Positions 8,965 to 16,987 of a stretch of DNA of 40,024 nucleotides are shown piece after piece. The stretch is from the UHGV virus genome UHGV-0210832. One strand, given 5' to 3'. Source of the stretch: a virus. The notes beneath the pieces are model-generated. The model worked only from the letters and a program-made list of their open reading frames with translations, had not been told where the DNA came from and did not search any database. The position numbers and the translations under genes are program-made. The first letter of the stretch is position 1. Each line of letters opens with the position of its first letter.

Positions 8965-9333
8965 TCAGGCGGCTTTGATAGTCATATCATCTGAATCAAA
9001 TATTCCTGATGTATCGATATCGGTAATTCTTATTCCTTCGCTACCATCCATTGGAGGCCATCCTTCCTGACCATTTCCATCATTCCAGTCGAACTCACAT
9101 ACAACACCATATGCATTTAAGTCTTTCGAAATTGCTATAAGCAGAGTATGTTGCGCCAGCATGATTAATACAGCATTTAATACAGAGCCGTGTTTATTGA
9201 GTCGGTATTCAGAGTCTGACCAGAAATTATTAATCTGGTGAAGTTTTTCCTCTGTCATTACGTCATGGTCGATTTCAATTTCTATTGATGCTTTCCAGTC
9301 GTAATCAATGATGTATTTTTTGATGTTTGACAT
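8965..9333 (-). CDS. Hypothetical acidic protein (122 aa)
   Basis: ORF with GAGGAT RBS upstream of ATG 9333; no recognisable domain. Confidence 0.5.
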   Translation of the reverse strand: MSNIKKYIIDYDWKASIEIEIDHDVMTEEKLHQINNFWSDSEYRLNKHGSVLNAVLIMLAQHTLLIAISKDLNAYGVVCEFDWNDGNGQEGWPPMDGSEGIRITDIDTSGIFDSDDMTIKAA

Positions 9334-9485
9334 CTATTCATATCCTCATAGATAAAAAATCGCCCTCACATTAGAGGGCAAAGAAGATTTCCAATAATCA
9401 GAACAAGTCGGCTCCTGTTTAGTTACGAGCGACATTGCTCCGTGTATTCACTCGTTGGAATGAATACACAGTGCTTATTCGCAGC

Positions 9486-9812
9486 CTACATAATTATTCC
9501 GGTTATTATTACCATTTCAATATCACTATCTTTCATAATGATTGGAGTTGAGTTATCAACTTTACTTTTACTCCATTTTCCTGCATCAGTTTTTACCACT
9601 CCACAATAAGAAAGCCAATCATCATCACAATGTTCTGGGTCGCTAATTCTAACAAGAACACGTGATAGTGCTTTTTCGATACTTTCATCACAATCAGCAT
9701 TTATGTAATTGCCGTGAGACAATTTCAAATCGTTAACCTCATCTTCATTGGCATCAAAAATATAGATTTCAGTCGACTCTGGAATATTTTCATAAACCAT
9801 TAAAATTTTCAT
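9486..9812 (-). CDS. Hypothetical protein (108 aa)
   Basis: ORF in the pL operon between N and cIII; no recognisable motif. Confidence 0.45.
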   Translation of the reverse strand: MKILMVYENIPESTEIYIFDANEDEVNDLKLSHGNYINADCDESIEKALSRVLVRISDPEHCDDDWLSYCGVVKTDAGKWSKSKVDNSTPIIMKDSDIEMVIITGIIM

Positions 9813-9866
9813 TTTTACCCCATATTGTTTATGCCAAAAAATAAAGGCCGACTATGCGGCCTGAAA

Positions 9867-10316
9867 TTACTTAACCAATGATGCTGCATATTCGATAAGG
9901 TAAAGCTTTGGGGCCAGCAAAATTTTTAACCATGTCATATTGGTTACTACAGCAATAATAAAGCTTACCCACAGAACAAAAACTGCAGCTAATGGTAAGA
10001 TTAGAAAACTAATCTCACCGTTACTTTCCCAAATCATAGTCGGTTTGTATTTAGTCTTCCCCTTCTCCCATAACCATCCTTCATTATCGAATATACCAAT
10101 TTCAACTTTTTGGTACTGTTTCTTCATAAACCAGAAAACCAGTGGGATTGTTAGAATGGCTATTAATGTTTTAATCAGGCTATCAACCATATTCCATAGC
10201 AGCAACTGATGAACAACATCAGGAATCTGTGCCTGGCTAAATGAAACAGCCGCATCTATTCCATTGCTGGCTTTTTGCAGTAGTTCTACGAGAATCTTGT
10301 TTGCTTGTTCTTCCAT
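9867..10316 (-). CDS. Hypothetical membrane protein (149 aa, about 2 predicted TM helices)
   Basis: Hydrophobic stretches LIKTLIAILTIPLVFWF and ISFLILPLAAVFVLWVSFIIAVV; AAGGTG RBS before ATG 10316. Confidence 0.5.
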   Translation of the reverse strand: MEEQANKILVELLQKASNGIDAAVSFSQAQIPDVVHQLLLWNMVDSLIKTLIAILTIPLVFWFMKKQYQKVEIGIFDNEGWLWEKGKTKYKPTMIWESNGEISFLILPLAAVFVLWVSFIIAVVTNMTWLKILLAPKLYLIEYAASLVK

Positions 10317-10461
10317 ATATCACCTTAAATAGTGGATTGCGGTAGTAAAGATTGTGCCTGTCTTTTTACCACATCAGGCTCGGTGGTTCTCGTGTACCCC
10401 TACAGCGAGAAATCGGATAAACTCTATTCACCCCTACAGAGAGAATGATGGAGATTCACCG

Positions 10462-11001
10462 ATGAGTAACTGGTGGCAGGAACTGTTACGTTTCTTCCTG
10501 CGTGGTCTTACGCTACAACAGTTAATTCATATGCTTATTATTTTAATTGCCTTGATAATAATCACCCCAGCATCAATTAAAGAGTGGGTAGATATAAGGA
10601 ACCCAGAAATACTTCCAGATCACTGGATGTATTACGCAATGCTTTTGTGTATCAGTTATGTTCTGAACAGGGTGATGGAGTTTATATTTCTGGCATCTTC
10701 AGACAGATATAAAAAATATCTCAGTAAGAGAGATGAGGCTAAAGTAATTGTGGAGACTGAGCGCCTGTTCAATTCTCTGAGTATTCAGGAAAAAGAGGTT
10801 TTAGCATTTGCTGTTATGGCAAATAACAAAATTGTACTTAAGCACGGCGATCCGGTCGCTTTATCTCTTATGAGAAAAGGCCTTCTCCATCGCTCAGGTG
10901 TGACTTACAGCGCGTCAGGTAAAGAGAAATTTGTTATACCTGACGTCTGGTTCCATGAGTGTTATATGCGCTTTGCTGGTAAAGCTGATGAGCTAATTTA
11001 G
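10462..11001 (+). CDS. sieB: Superinfection-exclusion SieB-like membrane protein
   Basis: Start set at MSNWWQELL (ATG 10462) with GGAGA RBS; N-terminal TM helix LIHMLIILIALIIITPASI. Sits between N and cIII on the opposite strand to pL, as I recall for sieB in lambda and P22. Confidence 0.4.
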   Translation: MSNWWQELLRFFLRGLTLQQLIHMLIILIALIIITPASIKEWVDIRNPEILPDHWMYYAMLLCISYVLNRVMEFIFLASSDRYKKYLSKRDEAKVIVETERLFNSLSIQEKEVLAFAVMANNKIVLKHGDPVALSLMRKGLLHRSGVTYSASGKEKFVIPDVWFHECYMRFAGKADELI

Positions 11002-11022
11002 TTCCTCGACGGCGGGGGATCG

Positions 11023-11229
11023 TCACCTCGCTGTCAGTTGTTTTGATTTCCGGTAGCCTGCCGCGTAAATGGCTACGTTTGGCAGGCAGCACGAACCACA
11101 TTCAACCTTCTTCCTATTCGCTCCTGCTAGCGAAACCACCATTGAAACACGGTCAATATTTTTACGTTTTGCTGTCGCCTCTTTGTGCTTACGAGCGCGT
11201 TCGAGTTTGCGAATCTCTCTTGCTTTCAC
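11023..11229 (-). CDS. N: N-like early antiterminator (P22 gene 24 type)
   Basis: 68 aa with GTG start and GGAGG RBS. C-terminal SLAGANRKKVECGSCCLPNVAIYAAGYRKSKQLTAR resembles my recollection of P22 gp24. First gene downstream of pL/nutL. Confidence 0.65.
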   Translation of the reverse strand: MKAREIRKLERARKHKEATAKRKNIDRVSMVVSLAGANRKKVECGSCCLPNVAIYAAGYRKSKQLTAR

Positions 11230-11383
11230 TGGATACCTCCGATGATTGACTTTGGTGATTTGATGTCATGTGTCGATCCCCTTATTGCGGCTATCCATCC
11301 TGCCCAAAATGCAGGTGCTCACCGCTAAGTGGTAGCGCATCGACCTGCGCATTCATCAAATCCCAAAGCCAACCTCTCTTTGG

Positions 11384-11422
11384 TGGGGACGAATCATCCC
11401 CATTCCATCAATGTTAAAGAGC
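11384..11422 (-). promoter_or_regulatory. nutL: boxA (GCTCTTTAACA) and boxB-like hairpin (TGGGGA-TGATTCG-TCCCCA)
   Basis: Read on the minus strand between pL and the N start; boxA matches the lambdoid consensus CGCTCTTTA(A)CA. Confidence 0.6.
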
Positions 11423-11468
11423 CTGCCAATCTGTTCCGTTTGGCTTCCTGCGTCCTGCTGATGACTTA

Positions 11469-11554
11469 AAGATAACTTAGGTTATAGGTGTGGTCAATAA
11501 CTTAGTTTATATTTTGTGGTAAATAAGTTATAAGTGATGGATAACAAAGGTATT
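11469..11554 (-). promoter_or_regulatory. OL operators and pL promoter
   Basis: Palindromes ATAACTTAGGTTAT (11472-11485), ATAACTTAGTTTAT (11497-11510) and ATAACAAAGGTATT (11541-11554). Minus-strand TTGACC (-35) and TATCTT (-10) with 17-nt spacer overlap the first operator. Confidence 0.6.
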
Positions 11555-11682
11555 TTATTTTTGTAAATGTTGAGGATGAAGGTGATGGGGCAGGGATCAG
11601 GGTTGCACTGTTTAGCAAGTTGTATCTATTTATTTTTCAACAAATACAATTGGTTATGTGTTTTTAGGTGGGCGAACGTGAG

Positions 11683-11710
11683 GCAAAGAAAACCCGGCAC
11701 TGAGGCCGGG
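11683..11710 (-). terminator. Candidate intrinsic terminator ending the cI-side operon (tIMM-like)
   Basis: Minus-strand CCCGGC-CTCAGT-GCCGGG hairpin followed by TTTTCTTTG, about 15 nt after the small ORF stop. Confidence 0.5.
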
Positions 11711-11724
11711 ATGTGAGGAATTAA

Positions 11725-11910
11725 TTACAGAGCAAAGAGATCACGCATTAGGTTGCTGTTCATCTGGTGGTTGAATTGATACGGCTCCAGTTCTTTTTTG
11801 ATCTCGTTCAGGTGCTGTTCCGCTTTTCTTGCCAGATTGCGACTTTCTTGGATCTGGCTTTCCAACATTTTGTTGAGAATTTCCATCTCCGGTTGCAGAT
11901 TCTTCGGCAT
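11725..11910 (-). CDS. Small predicted coiled-coil protein (61 aa) in the rex-equivalent locus
   Basis: AAAGAGGA RBS 8 nt before ATG 11910; codons in this frame are host-typical (CTG, CCG, AAC, GAG); the frame closes 14 codons upstream of the ATG. Confidence 0.5.
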   Translation of the reverse strand: MPKNLQPEMEILNKMLESQIQESRNLARKAEQHLNEIKKELEPYQFNHQMNSNLMRDLFAL

Positions 11911-12745
11911 TAGTATTGTCCTCTTTATCTTGTGTAGTAAGAGGGAAATCCATCACCCTTGGTTTTCCAAACGTTGGGATTTCACCACTATGAATCTTAT
12001 CACAGAAAAAATTATCGAGTATTTCTGTTATACCTTTAGGACATTCAACACACTTGAAAAGTTCCTTGGCTTCTTTTCTGTCGATAACAAATCCATGTGA
12101 AGGATACGAAGCGATGAGTTTGCTTAACGCCCCTTCTTTTAGACTACTTGGCTTGTCTGCTAACCGTTGACCATAAGTGATAGCAATGCTCATCGCACGC
12201 TGATGCTCACCAAGTTTTATTGGATCTATCTGAGCAGCCATGGGGGCTATCAATGCCTCTGTAAGTCTGGTTGCGATGTCAGCAGATATTTTAGTGCTTA
12301 TCTGGTTTTCGTATTTTATCTGAACAAGGTATGAGTTAAACGCTGAAATAGAGCGCTCCTTCAGTGCATCGAGAGCTGTCATAATGGCTAAACCAGAACT
12401 CATCTCACCTATTTCATCGTTTTTTTTCAGTTGGATATCTAATGGCCCGAGCTCACCCATGTCACCGATAACAAGTTTATTCGCAGCTATGGCTATTAGT
12501 GTACCAGCACTTTTGCACGGCCCAACAACTAAAAGTGTTACCGTTTCATAATAGTGCTGGAGAGCCCTACCTATACGATAACCAGCATTAGGATCACCGC
12601 CATAAGTAGCAACACAGAAGATAACATTCTTTTTTAATTCATTTTGTGACTTACGCTTCTTGATTTTATTGGTTAGATCAAGATAACCATCACGATGAAT
12701 ATCGCCTATATACACATAAACATCATTATTTTCAATAGTATTCAT
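11741..12745 (-). CDS. ClpP/crotonase-fold (S49/SDH-like) serine-protease-domain protein in the rexAB-equivalent position
   Basis: 334 aa; GGGAG RBS before ATG 12745. N-terminal ~130 aa align by eye to ClpP: VATYGGDPNAGYRIG against YINSPGGVITAG and VVGPCKSAGTLIAIAANK against CMGQAASMGAFLLTAG (putative nucleophile Ser in KSAG). The last ~56 codons overlap the 61-aa ORF in another frame and use rare codons. Confidence 0.55.
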   Translation of the reverse strand: MNTIENNDVYVYIGDIHRDGYLDLTNKIKKRKSQNELKKNVIFCVATYGGDPNAGYRIGRALQHYYETVTLLVVGPCKSAGTLIAIAANKLVIGDMGELGPLDIQLKKNDEIGEMSSGLAIMTALDALKERSISAFNSYLVQIKYENQISTKISADIATRLTEALIAPMAAQIDPIKLGEHQRAMSIAITYGQRLADKPSSLKEGALSKLIASYPSHGFVIDRKEAKELFKCVECPKGITEILDNFFCDKIHSGEIPTFGKPRVMDFPLTTQDKEDNTNAEESATGDGNSQQNVGKPDPRKSQSGKKSGTAPERDQKRTGAVSIQPPDEQQPNA

Positions 12746-12888
12746 TCGTTAAACTCCCTGTTGTGGTTACGATGAATGTATTCATGTTGAGGATAAGACA
12801 TAGTGGTTTGTCATCATCGCTAATCTGGCGCAATTGACTTTTCATAAATCACAATTGGAATCACCCAAACGTCTCTTCAGGCCACTGG

Positions 12889-13596
12889 TTACCAGCTATG
12901 TGATGACCAGAATACTCTACCAATAATCCTTACTGTTTCATGAAACTCATCTCTATCCATTACTTCATCAGGGTACTCTTCGCGATTTATTGATCTGATT
13001 ATCACCGATGTTGGGGTGGCGATTAATGTTTTTACTCGTAACAAATCAGACTGGCAAATAGCGTAGGTTTTACCATCTCTGATTGTGGTATCTTGTGTGT
13101 TAACGCCAACAACATCTCCGTCGTGAAGCGTTGGTTCCATGCTTTGCCCTACAACCCTAACTAGCTTGGCTGATCTTTCAGATACCCCCATCTTTTTCAG
13201 ATAGTACTTTCTGAAAACCAAAGAGAACTCTGATGATTCCTCTAGCTCGCAGCTACCGCTTCCAGCTGAAAGCGAAACGTTAAGAAGAGGCAACGCGACA
13301 AACTCGTCATCGTTTCTTTTAATATCTTCCCATACCACAGCTTTTAAAGATGATTCACGGACATTGGATGGTTCTTCATGTGTACCATCCCTCATTTCAC
13401 CAATACCAGAGCTAAGCCATTCAGGGCGTACTTTTAAAGCATTGGCTAATTCAACCATCTTGCGAGATCCGTTTGTTTTACCGGATGACATCTTCTGTAT
13501 GGCTGGCTGAGATATTCCAACCATGTCAGCAAGCTGTGATTGCGATACGCCTGCTGAGCTCATGGCTGCATTTAGTCTTTCTGCGAATGTTTTCAT
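12889..13596 (-). CDS. cI: CI-type prophage repressor (HTH plus LexA/S24-like autocleavage domain)
   Basis: Start set at MKTFAERLN (ATG 13596) because the longer track ORF would run into the OR3 operator. HTH region QSQLADMVGISQPAIQKMSSG; C-terminal GQSMEPTLHDGDVV fits the S24 peptidase Ser region. Confidence 0.8.
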   Translation of the reverse strand: MKTFAERLNAAMSSAGVSQSQLADMVGISQPAIQKMSSGKTNGSRKMVELANALKVRPEWLSSGIGEMRDGTHEEPSNVRESSLKAVVWEDIKRNDDEFVALPLLNVSLSAGSGSCELEESSEFSLVFRKYYLKKMGVSERSAKLVRVVGQSMEPTLHDGDVVGVNTQDTTIRDGKTYAICQSDLLRVKTLIATPTSVIIRSINREEYPDEVMDRDEFHETVRIIGRVFWSSHSW

Positions 13597-13608
13597 ACCC
13601 ACAAATCT

Positions 13609-13671
13609 ATAACTACGGTTATCCAAAGTAAAATAACAAAGGTTATTGCTATTTTTTATAACTTGAGTTAT
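13609..13671. promoter_or_regulatory. OR operators (three ATAACnnnnGTTAT palindromes) with embedded divergent pRM/pR
   Basis: ATAACTACGGTTAT (13609-13622), ATAACAAAGGTTAT (13633-13646) and ATAACTTGAGTTAT (13658-13671), spaced about 24-25 bp, between divergent cI and cro. Confidence 0.7.
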
Positions 13672-13707
13672 CTTTGGTTATAAGTAATGACCACAAGAGG
13701 TATGCTC

Positions 13708-13932
13708 ATGAATTTAGTAATTCAACGAGCCTTGAAAATTGTTGGTAGCCAAAAGCGCCTTGCCGACAAGTGTGGTGTAACGCAGCCAGCAGTACACAAA
13801 TGGCTGAAAGGCGGGTTGGTCTCTCCAGAGAAAGTTACCGCCATCGTTAACGCCACTGGAGGGCAGATCAAGGCTTACGAAATTCGCCCCGATTTGCCAC
13901 ACCTGTTTCCAAAACCGAATCAGGCAGCATAA
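13708..13932 (+). CDS. cro: Cro-like repressor
   Basis: Start set at MNLVIQRALK (ATG 13708) with AAGAGG RBS at 13695-13700. HTH GSQKRLADKCGVTQPAVHKW; first rightward gene after OR. Confidence 0.7.
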   Translation: MNLVIQRALKIVGSQKRLADKCGVTQPAVHKWLKGGLVSPEKVTAIVNATGGQIKAYEIRPDLPHLFPKPNQAA

Positions 13933-14029
13933 GTAACACCGCTCTTTAAACAATCAGGTCGGGGATGATTCGTCCCCACAAAAAACGCATCAACAGATGC
14001 GTAATATTCACTATTGGAAATCATAAGAA

Positions 14030-14326
14030 ATGGAACAAACAAGTTACAGCAAACTATCACAGCGCGACGTTGATCGCGCAGAAACAGATTTACTTATCAA
14101 CCTGTCAACGCTTACCCAGCGCGGTCTGGCAAAGATGATTGGCTGTCATGAATCGAAGATAAGCAGAACGGACTGGAGATTTATTGCTTCGGTTCTGTGT
14201 GCTTTCGGAATGGCATCAGACATCAGTCCGATTAGCAGGGCTTTTAAGTATGCGCTTGATGAAATCACAAAGAAAAAATCCCCGGCCGCCACCGAGGATT
14301 TTAAGCAAATTGATATGCAATTCTGA
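14030..14326 (+). CDS. cII: CII transcriptional activator
   Basis: 98 aa; C-terminus KKKSPAATEDFKQIDMQF parallels lambda CII KKRPAATERSEQIQMEF (from memory); position between cro and O. Confidence 0.75.
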   Translation: MEQTSYSKLSQRDVDRAETDLLINLSTLTQRGLAKMIGCHESKISRTDWRFIASVLCAFGMASDISPISRAFKYALDEITKKKSPAATEDFKQIDMQF

Positions 14327-14358
14327 GGGAATTACTGGATCAATCCACAGGAGTAATT

Positions 14359-14520
14359 ATGACAAAACGTCGTAAGAAATACCAGGAAAAAGAAGAGATT
14401 CGACACCCTGATTCACCTGAGGGATTAGTGGTAGCCGCAGCAAATAACAGGGCGTTCGCAGAGCGCCTTGTTGGTGTTTACAGACTAGCCAAAGCAGGAG
14501 TGAAACATGGGCGTCGTTAA
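14359..14520 (+). CDS. Small basic ORF (53 aa) between cII and O
   Basis: Not in the track. AGGAG RBS 6 nt before ATG 14359; manual translation [53 protein letters not shown]; ends overlapping the O start. Confidence 0.35.
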   Translation: MTKRRKKYQEKEEIRHPDSPEGLVVAAANNRAFAERLVGVYRLAKAGVKHGRR

Positions 14521-15328
14521 GTTAGCTGATTACAGGCCTCAACTGGAGGTCGTGGAGCATCGCGTGGCAGATACCGAAGATGGTTTCATGCGCGTTGCTA
14601 ACGAGATTACCGACAGTCTGCTGATGGCTGATTTAACCGTCCGGCAGCTGAAGGTGATGCTCGCTATCATGCGCAAGACATACGGATTCAATAAGCCGAT
14701 GGATCGACTCACAAACACGCAGATAGCAGCCATGACAGGTATTCATCACACTCATGTTTGCGCTGCCAAGCGCCAGCTTATTGAGCGTAAATTCCTCATT
14801 GCTGATGGCGTGAAAATCGGAGTGAACAAGGTGGTTTCTCAGTGGATTAGCCAGGACAGCTTAACATTAGCTAAAACAGCTAATAAAACATTAGCCGAGT
14901 CGGCTAATGGGTATAAGCCAAGTCAGCTAAACACAAAAGACAATATACAAAAGACAATAAATACAAATACCCCCTTACCCCCTAACGGGGGCGGCGATGG
15001 GCAGGTTAAACCTGAACGTCGCAAGGCAGAACGCATCGACTACGAATCCTTCCTGAACGCCTACAACACCGAAGTCGGTGACAGACTGCCACACGCTGTT
15101 GCGGTCAACGAGAAACGCAAACGCCGCCTGAAGAAAATCATCCCGCAACTGAAAACGCCAAACGTGGACGGTTTCAGAGCGTATGTCAGGGCGTTTGTGC
15201 ATCAGGCCAAGCCGTTTTACTTCGGAGACAACGACACGGGCTGGACAGCTGATTTTGATTACCTGCTGAGGGAAGATTCGTTAACGGGAGTACGGGAAGG
15301 GAAGTTTGCAGACAGGGGGATTGCATGA
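14507..15328 (+). CDS. O: Replication initiator, lambda O-like
   Basis: 273 aa with an HTH-like N-terminal domain ([30 protein letters not shown]), a low-complexity linker and a C-terminal domain; sits directly before the helicase gene. Confidence 0.65.
   Translation: MGVVKLADYRPQLEVVEHRVADTEDGFMRVANEITDSLLMADLTVRQLKVMLAIMRKTYGFNKPMDRLTNTQIAAMTGIHHTHVCAAKRQLIERKFLIADGVKIGVNKVVSQWISQDSLTLAKTANKTLAESANGYKPSQLNTKDNIQKTINTNTPLPPNGGGDGQVKPERRKAERIDYESFLNAYNTEVGDRLPHAVAVNEKRKRRLKKIIPQLKTPNVDGFRAYVRAFVHQAKPFYFGDNDTGWTADFDYLLREDSLTGVREGKFADRGIA
14866..14975. repeat. Candidate replication origin inside O: AGCYRA iteron cluster plus AT-rich direct repeat
   Basis: ttAGCTAAaacAGCTAAtaaaacattAGCCGAgtcGGCTAAtgggtataAGCCAAgtcAGCTAAac followed by ACAAAAGACAATA tandem copies; coincides with the linker of the O-like protein, as for lambda ori. 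Confidence 0.45.
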
Positions 15329-16701
15329 GACAGGATATCGAAGCGAGCGTTATCGGCGGCCTGCTGATTGGTGGATTAACACCAACTGCCAGTGACGTTC
15401 TGGCAACGCTTGAGCCGGAAGCGTTTTCAATTCCGCTCTACCGGAAAGCCTTCGAGGTTATCCGCAAGCAGGCGCGAAACAGAAACCTAATCGACGCGCT
15501 GATGGTTGCCGAGGAGTGCGGAGAGGAGCATTTCACGTCAATCCTGATGACCAGCAAAAACTGCCCGAGTGCCGCAAACCTGAAGGGATATGCCGGAATG
15601 GTCGCGGATAACTATCACCGCCGTCTGGTGCTGGAAATCATGGATGAAATGCGTGAACCAATTCAGAGCGGAACCATCGACGCATCGAGTCAGGCGATGG
15701 ATGAACTTGTAAAGCGTCTCTCAGCCATCAGAAAGCCCCGTGACGAGGTTAAACCTGTACGGTTAGGGGAAATCATCACCGACTACACTGACACGCTTGA
15801 CAGGCGTCTGAGGAACGGAGAAGAGTCAGATACCCTGAAGACCGGAATCGAAGAACTTGACGCCATCACCGGAGGGATGAACGCGGAAGACCTGGTGATA
15901 ATAGCTGCTCGTCCTGGTATGGGGAAAACCGAACTGGCGCTGAAGATTGCCGAAGGCGTTGCAAGCCGTGTTATTCCTGGTTCTGACGTCCGGCGCGGAG
16001 TATTGATTTTCTCAATGGAAATGAGCGCATTGCAGATTGCAGAGCGGAGCATTGCCAACGCCGGGAGGATGTCGGTTAGCGTACTGCGAAATCCTGCATC
16101 GATGGATGACGAAGGCTGGGCGCGCGTTGCTAACGGCATGAGTCAGCTTGCAGATTTGGATGTATGGGTAGTCGATGCCTCGCGGTTATCGGTCGAAGAA
16201 ATTCGCTCAATCGCAGAACGGCACAAACAGGAAAATCCAAACCTGTCACTCATCATGGCGGATTATCTTGGCCTGATTGAGAAGCCGAAAGCAGATCGCA
16301 ACGACCTCGCAATTGCTCACATCTCCAGAAGCCTGAAGGCGATGGCGAAAGACCTGAAAACGCCTGTTATCTCCCTGAGTCAGCTTTCGCGCGATGTTGA
16401 GAAGCGACCAAACAAACGCCCGACAAACGCAGATTTGCGTGATTCAGGAAGCATTGAACAGGACGCAGACTCAATCATCATGCTCTATCGGGAAGCTGTA
16501 TATGACGAGAACAGTAGCGCCGCGCCATTTGCTGAAATCATTGTGACGAAAAACCGTTTTGGCTCACTTGGTACGGTTTACCAGCGGTTCTGCAACGGAC
16601 ACTTTGTTGCATGTGACCAGGATGAAGCCAGACAGATTTGCACAGCATCAAATGCACCTGCTGCGCGTGGCAGACGATATGCGCAAGGGGCTGACGTATG
16701 A
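15325..16701 (+). CDS. Replicative DNA helicase, DnaB family
   Basis: 458 aa; Walker [14 protein letters not shown], Walker B-like [10 protein letters not shown] and overall DnaB-like layout; start overlaps the O stop. Confidence 0.85.
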   Translation: MRQDIEASVIGGLLIGGLTPTASDVLATLEPEAFSIPLYRKAFEVIRKQARNRNLIDALMVAEECGEEHFTSILMTSKNCPSAANLKGYAGMVADNYHRRLVLEIMDEMREPIQSGTIDASSQAMDELVKRLSAIRKPRDEVKPVRLGEIITDYTDTLDRRLRNGEESDTLKTGIEELDAITGGMNAEDLVIIAARPGMGKTELALKIAEGVASRVIPGSDVRRGVLIFSMEMSALQIAERSIANAGRMSVSVLRNPASMDDEGWARVANGMSQLADLDVWVVDASRLSVEEIRSIAERHKQENPNLSLIMADYLGLIEKPKADRNDLAIAHISRSLKAMAKDLKTPVISLSQLSRDVEKRPNKRPTNADLRDSGSIEQDADSIIMLYREAVYDENSSAAPFAEIIVTKNRFGSLGTVYQRFCNGHFVACDQDEARQICTASNAPAARGRRYAQGADV

Positions 16702-16773
16702 CCATCTACATCACTGAGCTGATAGCAGGCCTGCTGGTAATCGCAGGCCTTTTTATTTGGGGGAGGGTAAATC

Positions 16774-16980
16774 GTGGCTGAGTTAATTTTCTCTGCATTG
16801 AGGATTCTCGGTGCTATGTGGATGGTGGCGACGTTCATTGTTGTTGCCAGCAGTTTTGTCCGGTTGGTAGGCGAAGGTAAAGACCTGGTGGGTGTGCTTT
16901 TCGGTAGCATTTTCCTGTGGGTGATTATCGGTGTTATGCCTGTTGTCGTAGCAAAAGTGGCGTGGCGTTTTGTGAGTTGA
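16774..16980 (+). CDS. Small hydrophobic membrane protein (68 aa)
   Basis: GTG start with GGAGGG RBS 6 nt upstream; two hydrophobic segments. Confidence 0.4.
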   Translation: MAELIFSALRILGAMWMVATFIVVASSFVRLVGEGKDLVGVLFGSIFLWVIIGVMPVVVAKVAWRFVS

Positions 16981-16987
16981 GGTAACG

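Noticed and set aside
10354-10461. N-terminal extension of the sieB-like ORF (MPVFLPHQARW...)
   Set aside because: No RBS, and it would overlap the divergent upstream gene start region; the internal ATG at 10462 has a GGAGA RBS and precedes the TM helix.
11560-11690. About 45-codon + strand ORF starting ATGAAGGTG between OL and the tIMM-like terminator
   Set aside because: The GAGG lies directly against the ATG with no spacer, and the region is better explained as the operon 3' UTR and terminator on the minus strand.
13597-13626. Longer cI start (MDNRSYRFVG...)
   Set aside because: It would place the start codon inside the OR3 palindrome at 13609-13622; the internal start at 13596 fits lambda-like leaderless pRM architecture.
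16698-16781. 27-aa hydrophobic mini-ORF ([27 protein letters not shown]) overlapping the helicase stop
   Set aside because: Too short to support without comparative evidence, although the ATGA overlap with the helicase stop is suggestive; left unannotated.
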